NCBI GenBank assembly: GCA_015520265.1
Contig: WAQK01000094.1
Coordinates: 28,555 to 92,554, forward strand
DNA from: Pyrodictiaceae archaeon
GTDB taxonomy: Archaea; Thermoproteota; Thermoprotei_A; Sulfolobales; WAQK01
DNA: 64,000 nucleotides
Direction of reading: 5' to 3'
Positions 1 to 9,311 of this stretch are shown one piece after another. Every line of letters starts with the position of its first letter. The stretch's first letter is position 1. The position numbers and the translations under genes were made by a program. The notes below the pieces were generated by a model. That model did no database searches. It had not been told where the DNA came from and saw only the letters and a list, made by a program, of their open reading frames with translations.

Positions 1-522
1 CACCCAGCCAAGAAGATAGTCATAATCCCCCACTACGCTATGAGCGGCGGCACCCTGATAGCGCTGGCAGCCGACGAGATACGCATGGATCCCAGCGCCG
101 TGCTGGGTCCCCTGGACCCCCAGCTCCAGACCCCTCAGGGTGCGTTCCCGGCCCCCTCCCTGCTCAAGGTAGCCAGGGAGAAGGGGCTTGAGGCTGACGA
201 CGCTACGCTGATCTATGCCGATATAGCTGAGAAGGCTCTACGCGAGATACAGCAGACCATAGTCAGGCTGCTCAGCGACAAGGTGCCGGGGGAGAAGGCC
301 CTCGAGATAGCCAAGAAGCTCACCGAGGGCTACTATACGCACGACTACCCGATAACCTTTGAGGAGGCTAAGGAGCTGGGACTCCCAGTGAGTGACGAGA
401 TGCCGCCCGAAGTGTACACGTTGATGGAACTCTACCCGCAGGCGTTGCAGCAGAGGCCGGGGGTAGAATATCTGCCAAGACCGCAGGTGCCCTACTACGG
501 CAGGAGGAGTGCCGAGAAATAG
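1..522 (+). CDS. ClpP-fold serine protease of the SDH ('serine dehydrogenase proteinase') / SppA-like family, 5'-truncated by the window edge
   Basis: The reading frame is open from nt 1 (HPAKKIVIIPHYAMSGGTLIALAADEIRMDP...). The YAMSGGTLIALAADEI core is typical of this family. Stop at 520-522. Confidence 0.6.
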   Translation, partial: HPAKKIVIIPHYAMSGGTLIALAADEIRMDPSAVLGPLDPQLQTPQGAFPAPSLLKVAREKGLEADDATLIYADIAEKALREIQQTIVRLLSDKVPGEKALEIAKKLTEGYYTHDYPITFEEAKELGLPVSDEMPPEVYTLMELYPQALQQRPGVEYLPRPQVPYYGRRSAEK

Positions 523-536
523 CGTGTCTGGAGGAA

Positions 537-1700
537 CTACCTGCGCCTCCTGGCTTTCCTGGGAGCTGGCCTAGCGACCTCTATGGCCCTTATACCTACC
601 CCCATCAGTTTTCTGAAGACGGCGTCAAGGAACTTCACGTGGAACCCCTTCTGCCCCACGAAGGCTCCGAAGGCCTCTGTGGCCACCTTGAAGGCCAGCT
701 CCGGCCCTGCGAAGTCGGCATCGGCCACGTGCTTATAGACCCAGCTTACCGGGTGTATGGCCCTGACGAAGCTTGAGAAATCCAGTGTCAGCTCCACGGC
801 CCTGAGCCTTAGGTCGACGTCCGCCTCTATCTTCTCTATCCTCTCGCCTCCCCTGCCGACCAGTCTGCCTAGGAAGCCTTCCTTGACCACTATGAGGCCG
901 TCGGGCGTGTGCTCGCTGGTTATCTCGAAGCGTTTCTTCTCCTCGACGAACTCCACAGCCGTTATTATGTCGGCATCGGGCGCATGGATCCTGGCCACGT
1001 CGACTATGTTCTTCTCGATCTCGTTCAGAGGCCTGCTCCTCATCCTAGTCTCTAACAGCAGCCTTATACCCCTCTTGGCGCCGGGCCTCACAATGTCCTT
1101 AATCCCCAGGTCCACCACAACCGCCTTCTCCTCTCCCAGCAGGACCTCTCTGATCAGTGTGGCTCCGTCCTGGGCTCCGGGGCTCCGCTGGAAGACAGGG
1201 TCGCCTGCCACTACTAGCTTGCTGTTATGCCCTATCCTCATCATGACTTCGACGGCGCTCTCGGGCGACACGCTCTGGGCGTCGTCCAGGAATATCAGGG
1301 CCTCGTCGAAGGTCCTGCCCCTAAGGTAGTGGGTGTCGGCCAGAACTATCCTGCCGTCGCTGAGCATCTTCTCCACGTCTCCCCACTCCACGAAGCCTGA
1401 CAGGATGTCCCTCAGATACGCCGACGCCATCTCGAAGTATTGGGGCCCCAGGTCGGCGACAGTGTATTCCTTCCCCGTCACCACGTCGACCACTGGCCTG
1501 GATATTATGAACCTCCTGTACCTGCCCTCCAGTACTGCGTCGATGCCGTAGAGGAGGCTGAACAGGCTCTTACCGGTGCCCGTGGGTCCGAAGACCCCTA
1601 CTATGTCGTAGGTCCGGCTAGTCAGAGCCTCCTTCAGCCGCTCCTGTCCAGGGCTCATAGGCTTCAGTCTTCCGAAGATCTCGCCCATGGCACCACCCAT
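537..1700 (-). CDS. PhoH-like ATPase with C-terminal KH (RNA-binding) domain
   Basis: Walker A motif GPTGTGKS. PhoH-like core (DDAQSVSPE...VVAGDP). KH GXXG motif in GRLVGRGGERIEKIE. TATA-like TTTATATT lies about 25 nt upstream on the minus strand (1722-1729). Confidence 0.8.
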   Translation of the reverse strand: MGGAMGEIFGRLKPMSPGQERLKEALTSRTYDIVGVFGPTGTGKSLFSLLYGIDAVLEGRYRRFIISRPVVDVVTGKEYTVADLGPQYFEMASAYLRDILSGFVEWGDVEKMLSDGRIVLADTHYLRGRTFDEALIFLDDAQSVSPESAVEVMMRIGHNSKLVVAGDPVFQRSPGAQDGATLIREVLLGEEKAVVVDLGIKDIVRPGAKRGIRLLLETRMRSRPLNEIEKNIVDVARIHAPDADIITAVEFVEEKKRFEITSEHTPDGLIVVKEGFLGRLVGRGGERIEKIEADVDLRLRAVELTLDFSSFVRAIHPVSWVYKHVADADFAGPELAFKVATEAFGAFVGQKGFHVKFLDAVFRKLMGVGIRAIEVARPAPRKARRRR

Positions 1701-1790
1701 TGTTTGGGAATCGGGGAGGCGAATATAAACTTAGAGTAAGGAAGAGTAAGGGCCGTGCTCCGGATAAACCGGTGTCCGGTGTTCCGAAGA

Positions 1791-2162
1791 TCACTTCCTC
1801 CTGCATGGGGGCTCCAGGGGATCGTAGACGGGTTTGTTGAGCAGGAAACACAGTTTGCTCAGGGTGCCATAGAACACGCACTCGCTGCAGTTCTCAGCCC
1901 TGGCCCCCTCAGCGGTGAGGCCCAGCCCCTCAGCAGTGGGTTCGGCGGCAACACCTTCAGCCCTAGCGGCCCTGGCAAGCTCTGCAGCCTTTTCCTCCGC
2001 AGCTGCCGGCGCCTCCACTGGTTTATAGTAACGGCACCTCTCGTATCTGGCGGTCATGCAGGGGAAGGCGAGCGGGTTAACAGTCCTACCTAGGACTCGG
2101 CAGTAGACGGCGGCATCTCTCCGTTCTGCTTGGGGACACTGCGGCACTCCTCCTCCCTCCAA
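1791..2162 (-). CDS. Hypothetical small protein with two 4-Cys halves separated by an Ala/Glu-rich linker
   Basis: 123-aa ORF with genome-typical GC3 codon usage and 8 Cys (QCP..YC..PC..RC / NCSEC..LC..PPC). It lies 17 nt downstream of the membrane-protein gene on the same strand. I recognise no family. Confidence 0.4.
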   Translation of the reverse strand: MEGGGVPQCPQAERRDAAVYCRVLGRTVNPLAFPCMTARYERCRYYKPVEAPAAAEEKAAELARAARAEGVAAEPTAEGLGLTAEGARAENCSECVFYGTLSKLCFLLNKPVYDPLEPPCRRK

Positions 2163-2179
2163 ACCCTTGGACTAGCTGG

Positions 2180-2869
2180 CTAGGCTTGCCGTGTAAGCAG
2201 GTATAGGCCCAGGACTAAGAGTGCAGATGGGATCACTCCTCCAAACGCGTACCATAGGCCCAGGGTTAGGGTCCCAGTCTCCTTGGCCACCGTGTAGAGG
2301 GGGAGGGTTACACCGTGAATTATGAAGCCTACACCCATGGATAGCGATGCGGGATCCCTCGTCACCCTCCACATTTTGACAAGGATGTAGGCACCCACGA
2401 GCAGCGCCACGGGCACCAGTATGCCGAGGACTCTGCCAGCGCTGGATAGGAGTATCCTGGTGCTTACGGGCTCTATGCCGGAGAAGTTGGTCATAAAGGT
2501 CCACAGGATCCCGCCCACCAGTATGGAGAGAGGAGCAACGAAGTACTCAACTGTCCCTCTACGGTTGGCTAGTTCCAGCACGAAGAGCACCTCCGCCGCT
2601 GCCCACGCCATTATTAGCACACCCCTCACGCCGTCGAGGAATAGGAGGAACCTGAGCTCCGCTGAAGGGACGTTGTCCCAGCCGCCCCAGCCTATGAGTC
2701 TCCCGGAGATGTATCCGTCCATTACGCTCTGTGTGGCTACGGCCAATATGCCCAGGAATAGTATGAGGGACGCCTCGAACCCGGTCCGCCTGTAGATCAT
2801 GTATGCTATGACTGCGGATAAGTATAGGAATGCCGCCGTCGCATATGGGAATAGCTGTTCGGCTTGCAT
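2180..2869 (-). CDS. Hypothetical polytopic membrane protein (about 7 predicted TM helices)
   Basis: 229-aa ORF with hydrophobic segments throughout. ATG start, with TATA-like TTTAAATAA about 30 nt upstream on the minus strand. Confidence 0.6.
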   Translation of the reverse strand: MQAEQLFPYATAAFLYLSAVIAYMIYRRTGFEASLILFLGILAVATQSVMDGYISGRLIGWGGWDNVPSAELRFLLFLDGVRGVLIMAWAAAEVLFVLELANRRGTVEYFVAPLSILVGGILWTFMTNFSGIEPVSTRILLSSAGRVLGILVPVALLVGAYILVKMWRVTRDPASLSMGVGFIIHGVTLPLYTVAKETGTLTLGLWYAFGGVIPSALLVLGLYLLTRQA

Positions 2870-2959
2870 TTAGCACACCTCTATATCACTTATTTAAACT
2901 AGAGACTGGGCGGTCAGCCCCTTTTAACTAGGTAAATTATAGAGGCACATTTAATAAAA

Positions 2960-3574
2960 TTAAACCCCATCACCGCCGGCCCTCCCTGCCTCCAGCAGTT
3001 TAGAGAGCCTTCTAAGCCTTATCCTACCTTCGGCCACCGCTTTATTGGCGTACTCCAGTAGCCTGGCAACATAGTCCTCTCCAACGAGCATATGGTCTCC
3101 CTTCTTGAGGGGAACTACGATCCTTATCCCCGTCCTCAGCTCCACGATCACGCCCTTCGAGGTCTTGGAAAGTATGCCGCTATGCTTGAAACCAGCCTCC
3201 CGGGCTATGCGGAGAACCTCGTACGCCTCCTCCTCATCGTAGCAGATCACATGTATTATGGGGCCCGCCGCTACGAGCCAGAAGGTGTGGGCAGCGGGTT
3301 TCGAAAGCACGTTCATGACCTCGTCCAGTGGTGCAGGATAGTGGGACCGGTAAACTACGGTAGACTCGTCCCTGGTCCAGGGCCTCTCAGCATCCACTAT
3401 CGTTATCCTGCCGCTACAAGAACTAGTTGTGTAGGATTTAGGTCTCTCGAAGAACCTTTCCAGCACCTCCTCGATCCCGGGGTCAAGGTAGCCTATCTCC
3501 CTATCCTTGGCGATCCTTTGCCTGAACTCCTCCTTTCTCCGTAGCCATTGCTTCAGGGGAGGTTTCTCCACCAA
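2960..3574 (-). CDS. taw3: tRNA wyosine-derivative methyltransferase Taw3 (TYW3 family)
   Basis: The SSCSGRI signature (YTTSSCSGRITIV) and a length of about 200 aa fit archaeal TYW3/Taw3. Confidence 0.8.
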   Translation of the reverse strand: MVEKPPLKQWLRRKEEFRQRIAKDREIGYLDPGIEEVLERFFERPKSYTTSSCSGRITIVDAERPWTRDESTVVYRSHYPAPLDEVMNVLSKPAAHTFWLVAAGPIIHVICYDEEEAYEVLRIAREAGFKHSGILSKTSKGVIVELRTGIRIVVPLKKGDHMLVGEDYVARLLEYANKAVAEGRIRLRRLSKLLEAGRAGGDGV

Positions 3575-3626
3575 TCCGCCGCACCGCTATGCCTGCTATA
3601 CGTTTGCCTACGCGAGGGTAATAATA

Positions 3627-3636
3627 TCTTTATAGA
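3627..3636 (+). promoter_or_regulatory. TATA-like box (CTTTATAGA) for the tRNA-binding-protein gene
   Basis: TTTATA at 3629-3634 is centred about 25 nt upstream of the GTG at 3656. This implies a leaderless or near-leaderless mRNA. Confidence 0.45.
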
Positions 3637-3655
3637 GGCCATCCCTAGTACAGGT

Positions 3656-4006
3656 GTGGTGGCACCCTTGGGGGATAAGGTCATAACTATAGACGAGTTT
3701 GCCCGTATAGACCTCAGGGTTGGCCTAGTGAAGAAGGCGGAGAAGGTGCCTGGATCGAGGAAGCTGATAAGGCTGATCGTGGATTTGGGCGGCGAGGAGC
3801 GCCAGATCCTCGCAGGCATGGGCGAATTCTACGGGCCCGAGCACTTCATAGGCAAACGAGTAATCGTGGTGGCCAATCTGGCGCCCAAGAAGATGATGGG
3901 CTATGTGAGCCAGGGCATGGTGCTGGCGGCTGGCTGCGGCAAGGGCGAGAAACCGGTGCTGCTCACAGTGGAGGAGGACGTGCCGCCAGGCTCAAAGATC
4001 TGCTAG
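3656..4006 (+). CDS. tRNA-binding domain protein (Trbp111 / CsaA / MetRS-C-terminal-like OB fold)
   Basis: FARIDLRVGLVKKAEKVPGSRKLIRLIVDLGGEERQILAGM...VVANLAPKKMMGYVSQGMVLAA is the classic EMAP/Trbp111 pattern. I start it at GTG 3656 rather than 3548 because of the TATA spacing and the non-conserved upstream residues. Confidence 0.8.
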   Translation: MVAPLGDKVITIDEFARIDLRVGLVKKAEKVPGSRKLIRLIVDLGGEERQILAGMGEFYGPEHFIGKRVIVVANLAPKKMMGYVSQGMVLAAGCGKGEKPVLLTVEEDVPPGSKIC

Positions 4007-4945
4007 CACCCCTGCCTTGCTGAGGAGCTCGCAGACCTTGCATACCTCCCTGTTATAGGAGGTGGGCTCACCGCACACCCTGCATGAGGGGAGCTCAGGC
4101 AGCTCCCTGTACTTGTCCATGAGTTTTTTCACAAGCCTATCCACCAGCTCGAGGAGCCTCAGCAGGGAGCCTGGGTGCCTCTCCTCCAGGCCGTAGAGGT
4201 GTTCCCTCACCCTAGCCCTCAGTGTGGGCCTCATCTCTATGTATCGGCACTCGGTTTCCTGGAACCTGAAGCCCTTAAGATACGCGTACATGGTGGTTTC
4301 CCACTCGTAGATCTTACGGAGCGGCTTCACCCTCTGGACGAAGCCCCTGCTTAGCCTGGGGGCCAGCGGGTGCTGCCGTAGGAGTCTGACGGGGTCGCCG
4401 CGTAGGAGGTTCATGATCGCGGTTTGGGCCTCGTCGTCCAGGTTGTGGGCCGTGGCAGTCTTGTCCACGCCGAGGATCTTGGCGTAGTGGTTGATTATCC
4501 TCCTCCTGAGGGTGCCGCAGTAGGTGCAGGGAGACACGTTTAGGCCGCGGGACCAGGACCTGGCCACGATCTCGTCGAGGCTGCTGCCGACGTACTCCTT
4601 TATGCTGGTGAGTATGACATCCACCCCCCTCTCGGATGCGTACTTCCTTATCTTTTCCATGTCCTCTCTTCTGTTGTACCCGGCTATACCCTCCTCTATG
4701 GAGAGGCCCACCAGCTTGGAGGGGTCATGGATCTCGGCCAGTATGTCTAGGAGCACGAAGCTGTCCTTGCCCCCCGAGAGGGCCAGGAGCACCCTGTCGC
4801 CCGGCCTGATCATCCCGTACCTCTGGATCTCGGCCGTCACCCTACCCCTAACGTCTTCCAAGAAGCACCGGGGGCAGAGCCTCCTGCCGGTGTGGGGCTG
4901 ATAGACCTCGGCCCTGCGGGACCTGCAGGAGTCGCATAGAACCAT
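3992..4945 (-). CDS. ttuA: tRNA 2-thiolation PP-loop ATPase, TtuA/Ncs6 family
   Basis: PP-loop LALSGGKDS. N-terminal CxxC...CxxC and C-terminal CRVC...CKVC zinc fingers. SPCTYCG and AHNLDDEAQT motifs. Confidence 0.8.
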   Translation of the reverse strand: MVLCDSCRSRRAEVYQPHTGRRLCPRCFLEDVRGRVTAEIQRYGMIRPGDRVLLALSGGKDSFVLLDILAEIHDPSKLVGLSIEEGIAGYNRREDMEKIRKYASERGVDVILTSIKEYVGSSLDEIVARSWSRGLNVSPCTYCGTLRRRIINHYAKILGVDKTATAHNLDDEAQTAIMNLLRGDPVRLLRQHPLAPRLSRGFVQRVKPLRKIYEWETTMYAYLKGFRFQETECRYIEMRPTLRARVREHLYGLEERHPGSLLRLLELVDRLVKKLMDKYRELPELPSCRVCGEPTSYNREVCKVCELLSKAGVLADL

Positions 4946-4951
4946 TCCGGG

Positions 4952-5242
4952 TCACTCCTCGAGGGAGCGGGGGATCTCTACCACCCTGTTCCCAGCCACC
5001 ACCTGGTCCACGCTATGGATGACGGCCCCGGTCTTCTCGAGGACCTCCTTGACCCTGTCGAAGGGTACATCGTTACCCTCTATGACCACGGTGAGGCTGA
5101 GGGTCTCCACGTCAACCTCATTGACGGTCACGTTGACACCCTCGACGCCGGGCAGCTCAGAGAGCATGCTGGCCAGGTCGACGATGCTGGGCTCGCGGAG
5201 GGGCTTGAGGACGTCGAGCATAATGCGACGTATTGCCGCCAT
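4952..5242 (-). CDS. DUF211-family small protein (COG1888-like)
   Basis: The IRRIMLDVLKPLREPSIVDLA...GVEGVNV pattern is typical of DUF211. I prefer ATG 5242 over TTG 5260 because the TTTATAAA box (5276-5283) predicts a transcription start near 5253. Confidence 0.7.
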   Translation of the reverse strand: MAAIRRIMLDVLKPLREPSIVDLASMLSELPGVEGVNVTVNEVDVETLSLTVVIEGNDVPFDRVKEVLEKTGAVIHSVDQVVAGNRVVEIPRSLEE

Positions 5243-5303
5243 CCCGATCCACGCCGACAATACTGTTTGTAGGGGAGTTTATAAAGTAGAGGGGCTGGCC
5301 GTG

Positions 5304-5316
5304 TTTAAATTTAAAT
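5304..5316 (+). promoter_or_regulatory. TATA-like box (TTTAAATTTAAAT) plus a GGAGGTG Shine-Dalgarno-like element upstream of rpl13e
   Basis: An AT-rich box lies about 45 nt upstream of GTG 5356. GGAGGTG lies about 8 nt before the start codon. Confidence 0.45.
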
Positions 5317-5355
5317 GCCTCCTCCCCTACACTCCCCGGGGGAGGTGCAGAAGCC

Positions 5356-5601
5356 GTGGCCAGAGGTAACGTGCCCGTACCGCTGGTGAAGAGGCCTGTG
5401 CTCAGGATCCATGGCGGCGTAGACCAGGGCCTAAGGCCCGGCAGAGGTTTCAGCCTTGGAGAGCTAGAGGAGGTGGGGCTGACCCCTAAGGAGGCCATGA
5501 AGCTGGGGATAAGGGTGGACAAGCGGAGGCGGAGCAAGCACCCCTGGAATGTGGAGGCCCTCCGGAAATACCTGGAGGAGATAGGGTACAGGAAGGGCTA
5601 G
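5356..5601 (+). CDS. rpl13e: 50S ribosomal protein L13e
   Basis: RGFSLGELEEVGLTPKEAMKLGIRVDKRRRSKH and a size of about 80 aa match archaeal L13e. Confidence 0.85.
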   Translation: MARGNVPVPLVKRPVLRIHGGVDQGLRPGRGFSLGELEEVGLTPKEAMKLGIRVDKRRRSKHPWNVEALRKYLEEIGYRKG

Positions 5602-6179
5602 GCCAGTTTCCACACACGTTCTTTTTGGTCGAAGTACACTAGGCCCGCATCCCTCAGGGCCCTGAAGAGCTTGTACTGTTCCCCAAGCTGCTCCGCCACC
5701 TTCTCCTCGTCGTAGCTGGATATTCTTGCAAGCCTTTCCAGGAACCTCCGGTAGTAGCCGGGCTCTACCGCTATCACGTCGTTCTCAACCTCTATGATCA
5801 CAGCGCCCCTCTCCGCTAGCTTGTCTATGATGGCCCTAGGGTTCCTCACCCTGCCCTGGAGGCTGGACATGGAGACGAAGCCCTGCTCCACCAGGAAGTC
5901 GTAAGCCGTCTTCCTCCGCGCTTCTCTCTCCCTCCTCCTGGCGGCTCCCCGGATCTCCGCGGCTAGCCCGTCAACCGCCGCCTCGAGCGCGGCCACCTTC
6001 TCCCCTAACTCTTGGATCCCCTCCTCGATCCTCTTGATCGATGCAGCGATGCTTCGGAGAAGTTCGCCTAGCTCCTCACCCTTCTCCTCTCTCCGCCTCT
6101 CCTTCAGGTACTCGTCAAGGGTCTTGGGGTTCACGTATGCTCCCTTCCCTACAATAGTAACAGTGTGGCCGCAACGCAT
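5598..6179 (-). CDS. Hypothetical coiled-coil protein with a possible C-terminal winged-helix domain
   Basis: 193-aa ORF. It has a long Glu/Arg/Ala heptad-like stretch (IKRIEEGIQELGEKVAALEAAVDGLAAEIRG). I recognise no catalytic motif. Confidence 0.5.
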   Translation of the reverse strand: MRCGHTVTIVGKGAYVNPKTLDEYLKERRREEKGEELGELLRSIAASIKRIEEGIQELGEKVAALEAAVDGLAAEIRGAARRREREARRKTAYDFLVEQGFVSMSSLQGRVRNPRAIIDKLAERGAVIIEVENDVIAVEPGYYRRFLERLARISSYDEEKVAEQLGEQYKLFRALRDAGLVYFDQKERVWKLA

Positions 6180-6190
6180 TTTAACTTAGC

Positions 6191-7315
6191 CTAGAAGTTG
6201 GCGAGGCTCGCAGCCAGGCCCGGCAGTAGCCTGTGGATGCGGGGTAGGAGGAGCCTGAACAGCCCTTCGTGGGAGTCGTAGTCGACCCTCCGGGACACCT
6301 CGTCCTCCAGCCCAGCGCGCCTTATGGACTCCAAGGCTGTTGCCGTTCCGCGGGGGCCCAGGGCGTAAGCCAGCCTCGTCAACCTGTACTGGGCTGCCAG
6401 CTGCTTCTTGATCCACTCGACAGCCCTGTCATAGGTTCCCTCGGCTCCCCTGGAGGCTAGGAGCGCCGCCAAGGGAGCTGTGACGCTGACAGCGTATAGG
6501 CCTCCGCCGGTGTAGGGTTTTACCATGCCTGCTGCGTCGCCGAGGTAGAGGACTCTCCCCTCCACGTGCCTCCGCCTCGGCGGACCCCTCAGCACGGTGC
6601 CACCATAGTAGTACTTCAGCTTTAAGGGTCCATACATCTTGTTGACCAGTATGAGGAGCCTTGTGAGCCTGCTGAAGGCCTGCCTTGACGAGGCCAGGCC
6701 CACCAGCAGTTCTCGGCCTTCGAGGGGGACGATCCAGCCGAACATCTCTGGTGACACATTCTCGTGGTACACGACCTGGAACACAGGTTCCCCAGGCCTA
6801 CGGGCAGCCTCTAGGACGGCCTGGACACCCTGCAGCCTCCACAGCCTGTGCCTCGAAGGCAGCGCGTTCTGGGACGCCCCCGTGGAGGCTACTACAAGAT
6901 CTCCGCACAGTTCTTCCCCGCCGCGGAGATGAACACACCCCTCCCTGGTTATCCTCCTCACCCTGGCTCGGAGCCGGACCTCCATGCCTTTCTCAAGGAC
7001 GCGGCGCCAGAGCTCCTCCTCCAGCTGGGGCCTCCTTATCCTGACAGCCATTACACCGTAGCCGCCCAGCCTGAGAACCTCGCGTCGACCGTAGCGGAAG
7101 GAGACGGCCTCATACTCTTCTCCCACCACGCCAGGCGCCAGGCGCTCCAACCTGCGGGCGGTGGCCCGGCTCACCAGGCCCGTGCAGTGGGGCGGCCAGC
7201 CTGGCCTGGGATGGTCCTCCAAAACAGTGGTCTCGCCCCGGGCGAGAAGCGCGAAGATCAGGCCAGCGGGGCCTGCCCCCACGACAAGGAATCTTCTCCC
7301 CAAGAGGGGGTACAC
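6191..7315 (-). CDS. FAD-dependent oxidoreductase of the geranylgeranyl reductase family
   Basis: N-terminal FAD dinucleotide fold (FLVVGAGPAGLIFALLA) and the downstream LGDAAGMVKPYTGGG motif, typical of GGR/ChlP-type reductases. Confidence 0.75.
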   Translation of the reverse strand: MYPLLGRRFLVVGAGPAGLIFALLARGETTVLEDHPRPGWPPHCTGLVSRATARRLERLAPGVVGEEYEAVSFRYGRREVLRLGGYGVMAVRIRRPQLEEELWRRVLEKGMEVRLRARVRRITREGCVHLRGGEELCGDLVVASTGASQNALPSRHRLWRLQGVQAVLEAARRPGEPVFQVVYHENVSPEMFGWIVPLEGRELLVGLASSRQAFSRLTRLLILVNKMYGPLKLKYYYGGTVLRGPPRRRHVEGRVLYLGDAAGMVKPYTGGGLYAVSVTAPLAALLASRGAEGTYDRAVEWIKKQLAAQYRLTRLAYALGPRGTATALESIRRAGLEDEVSRRVDYDSHEGLFRLLLPRIHRLLPGLAASLANF

Positions 7316-7392
7316 CGGGTGAGCCTAAGTACAAATACTCACAACTAGGCTTGGAGCGCGGGCCACGAGGCCCTGCTCCTCCAGGCTCCGCG

Positions 7393-7412
7393 CGGCGGGG
7401 TCTCCCCCGCCG
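7393..7412 (-). terminator. GC-rich hairpin (8-bp perfect stem CGGCGGGG/CCCCGCCG, 4-nt loop) 5 nt downstream of the speH-like stop
   Basis: Read directly from the sequence. It could equally belong to the promoter region of the downstream GGR-like gene. Confidence 0.3.
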
Positions 7413-7416
7413 ATTC

Positions 7417-7806
7417 CTATTCCAACGACCTGTCAGCGTAGCGGCGCTCCACCCTCTCAGCCCTCAGCTCCGACACTATGTAGTCGAAGGCCTTCTCCGG
7501 GTCCGTGTGTTCGCCGCAGCTGTAGACGTCGACTGTGGCGTACCGGTACTCGGGCCACGTGTGGATCGCTATGTGGCTCTCCAGTATTATGGCGACGACG
7601 CTTACCCCGAGCCCTATCTTCCAGCTCTTGACGTCCAGCAGAGTCATGTTGCCTATCTCTGCCGCCCTCTCCGCTATCCTCCGGAGGGCCTGCTCGTCGC
7701 TGAGTATCCCTGGGTCGCAGTCGTAGAGGTTGCCGTAGACGTGGCGTCCTATCACTTTGGCGGCCTTCCTGCTCTCCAGAATTCCCTGTATCGCCATGGC
7801 GTGCAC
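7417..7806 (-). CDS. speH: Pyruvoyl-dependent S-adenosylmethionine decarboxylase family proenzyme (SpeH-like; crenarchaeal paralogues can act as arginine decarboxylase)
   Basis: [12 protein letters not shown] and the self-cleavage region [25 protein letters not shown]. Size 129 aa. Confidence 0.8.
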   Translation of the reverse strand: MHAMAIQGILESRKAAKVIGRHVYGNLYDCDPGILSDEQALRRIAERAAEIGNMTLLDVKSWKIGLGVSVVAIILESHIAIHTWPEYRYATVDVYSCGEHTDPEKAFDYIVSELRAERVERRYADRSLE

Positions 7807-7950
7807 CCGGGGTTTTTAAACCCCCCTTGTTTTAAAAATTTAATCCCCCTCAGGTACCGGATAAATGTTGGCTGGGTGAAACGCTAATATTGGTGGTCCA
7901 GCGTATAGGGGTGTGGCACCCTGAGGCTGAGCGGGTAAAGGGGTTGCACC

Positions 7951-8715
7951 TTGATAGGTCCCATTCAGAGGTTCACCAGGGTTAGCAGTGGGGAGATCTC
8001 GAACTATATTCTCCTCGTAGACTCCCCCCAGCTCGTCGACAGGATAAGCGGCGAGTTCGAGGATGTGCATCGTGTCGAGGGGAGGGCTGGCATAGTCTCC
8101 ATCACGGGTAAGTACAAGGGCGCCGAGATAACGGTTACCACTTTCGGCGTCGGCGGCCCGAGCCTGGCCATAGTAGTGGAGGAGCTCAGCAGGGTTGGAG
8201 GCAGGTTCTTCCTCAAGGTCGGCGCAGCCACGGCTATAACGTCGAGGCTCAACATAGGCGACTACATAGTGGTTAGCTCGGCGATAAGGTGCGACAAGGT
8301 TTCGGAGGAGTACGCGCCGCTCGAGGTCCCCGCCTGCGGCGACTTCTTCCTCATCAAGAGCCTTACCGACTCCCTTAACAGCCTCGACGAGAAGTACCAT
8401 GTAGGAACAGTGGTCTCCACCAACGTGTTCTATGTTGAGAATATCGAGAAGGCCAAGGAGTGGGCCAGGTACAACTCCATAGCCCTCGACATGGACACGG
8501 CGACCCTTTACGTGCTGGCCCACGTGAAGAAGCTCAAGGCCGCCGCGCTGCTAGTGGTGGATAGCAACCTCGTTAAGGGTATCGAGAGGCCCAGGGAGGA
8601 GGTGGAGACGGAGCTCGCCCTCAAGGTGGAGGAGAGGATGCTGAGGGCAGTGAAGCTAGGCCTAGAGGCCCTGAGGCTGGCCTACGAACGCGTCAAAGCC
8701 TCCAAGAAGCCTTAG
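7951..8715 (+). CDS. Nucleoside phosphorylase, PNP/UDP-1 family (purine, uridine or MTA phosphorylase)
   Basis: GKYKGAEITVTTFGVGGPSLAIVVEEL and downstream family motifs. TTG start. Confidence 0.75.
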   Translation: MIGPIQRFTRVSSGEISNYILLVDSPQLVDRISGEFEDVHRVEGRAGIVSITGKYKGAEITVTTFGVGGPSLAIVVEELSRVGGRFFLKVGAATAITSRLNIGDYIVVSSAIRCDKVSEEYAPLEVPACGDFFLIKSLTDSLNSLDEKYHVGTVVSTNVFYVENIEKAKEWARYNSIALDMDTATLYVLAHVKKLKAAALLVVDSNLVKGIERPREEVETELALKVEERMLRAVKLGLEALRLAYERVKASKKP

Positions 8716-9311
8716 GGCCTCCTCTCGGTTTTCACGGGCTCATTGTCCAGCATGACGTACTGATCCATCTCCAGCCTGCCGGAGTACTCGAGCCTCCCGC
8801 TCACCCTCACAGCCGGGCCCAGCGTCACGTCCCCAGCATAGATGTTATCAATGATCACGTATTCCGCGTAGAGCTGTGCGGCCCTGATCTCGCCTAGGGC
8901 GCCCCGCGCTCTCCCTACACTGGCCACGGGCGGCATAGCTGAACGTATCTCCACGCGGCGAGCGTCTAGGATCCACGCCCTGGAGTAGTCCGTCATCCTG
9001 GCCTCGAACAGGTCTCCCCGGAACCCGTCGATGAGGAACGAGCCTATAATCCTAGCCGAGCCTGCTGAGAGCCGTGCCGCCCTCACCCTCCCAACAATCC
9101 CCAGCTCGTCGGCGGACACGCTCTGGGCCTGGAGGATCCCGTTAACCACCAGCTCGCCTACCTGGACATCGCGGGCCTTCACCACGCCGTTGACCACCAG
9201 CTTCTCCGCCCTCAGAGCCCTGGCTGAGAGTGCACCCGAGATACGGAGAACCCCCTCCACCGCTATCCCGTCGTCCAGCTTATACACGCCGTTAAGGGTG
9301 AGGCTCGACAT
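8712..9311 (-). CDS. Bactofilin-like (polymer-forming, beta-helical repeat) protein
   Basis: Repeated short beta-strand motifs of the form h-x-V/I-x-G (VVNGVVKARDVQVGELVVNGILQAQSVSADELGIVGRVRAARLSAGSARIIGSF). The ORF extends to 9404, but ATG 9311 avoids a divergent overlap with dut. Confidence 0.5.
   Translation of the reverse strand: MSSLTLNGVYKLDDGIAVEGVLRISGALSARALRAEKLVVNGVVKARDVQVGELVVNGILQAQSVSADELGIVGRVRAARLSAGSARIIGSFLIDGFRGDLFEARMTDYSRAWILDARRVEIRSAMPPVASVGRARGALGEIRAAQLYAEYVIIDNIYAGDVTLGPAVRVSGRLEYSGRLEMDQYVMLDNEPVKTERRP

Noticed and set aside
2887-2955. An 8-bp inverted repeat CCTCTATA ... TATAGAGG separated by 53 nt in the spacer upstream of the membrane-protein gene.
   Set aside because: The arms are short and AT-rich, each resembles a TATA box, and the spacing is large. 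It is more simply explained as two promoter-like elements than as a structured element.
7906-7958. An imperfect direct repeat (AGGGGTGTGGCACCCTGAGG and AGGGGTTGCACCTTGATAGG) in the speH / nucleoside-phosphorylase divergent spacer.
   Set aside because: The match is only about 75% and needs indels. One copy overlaps the TTG start codon. This is too weak to call a regulatory repeat without comparative data.
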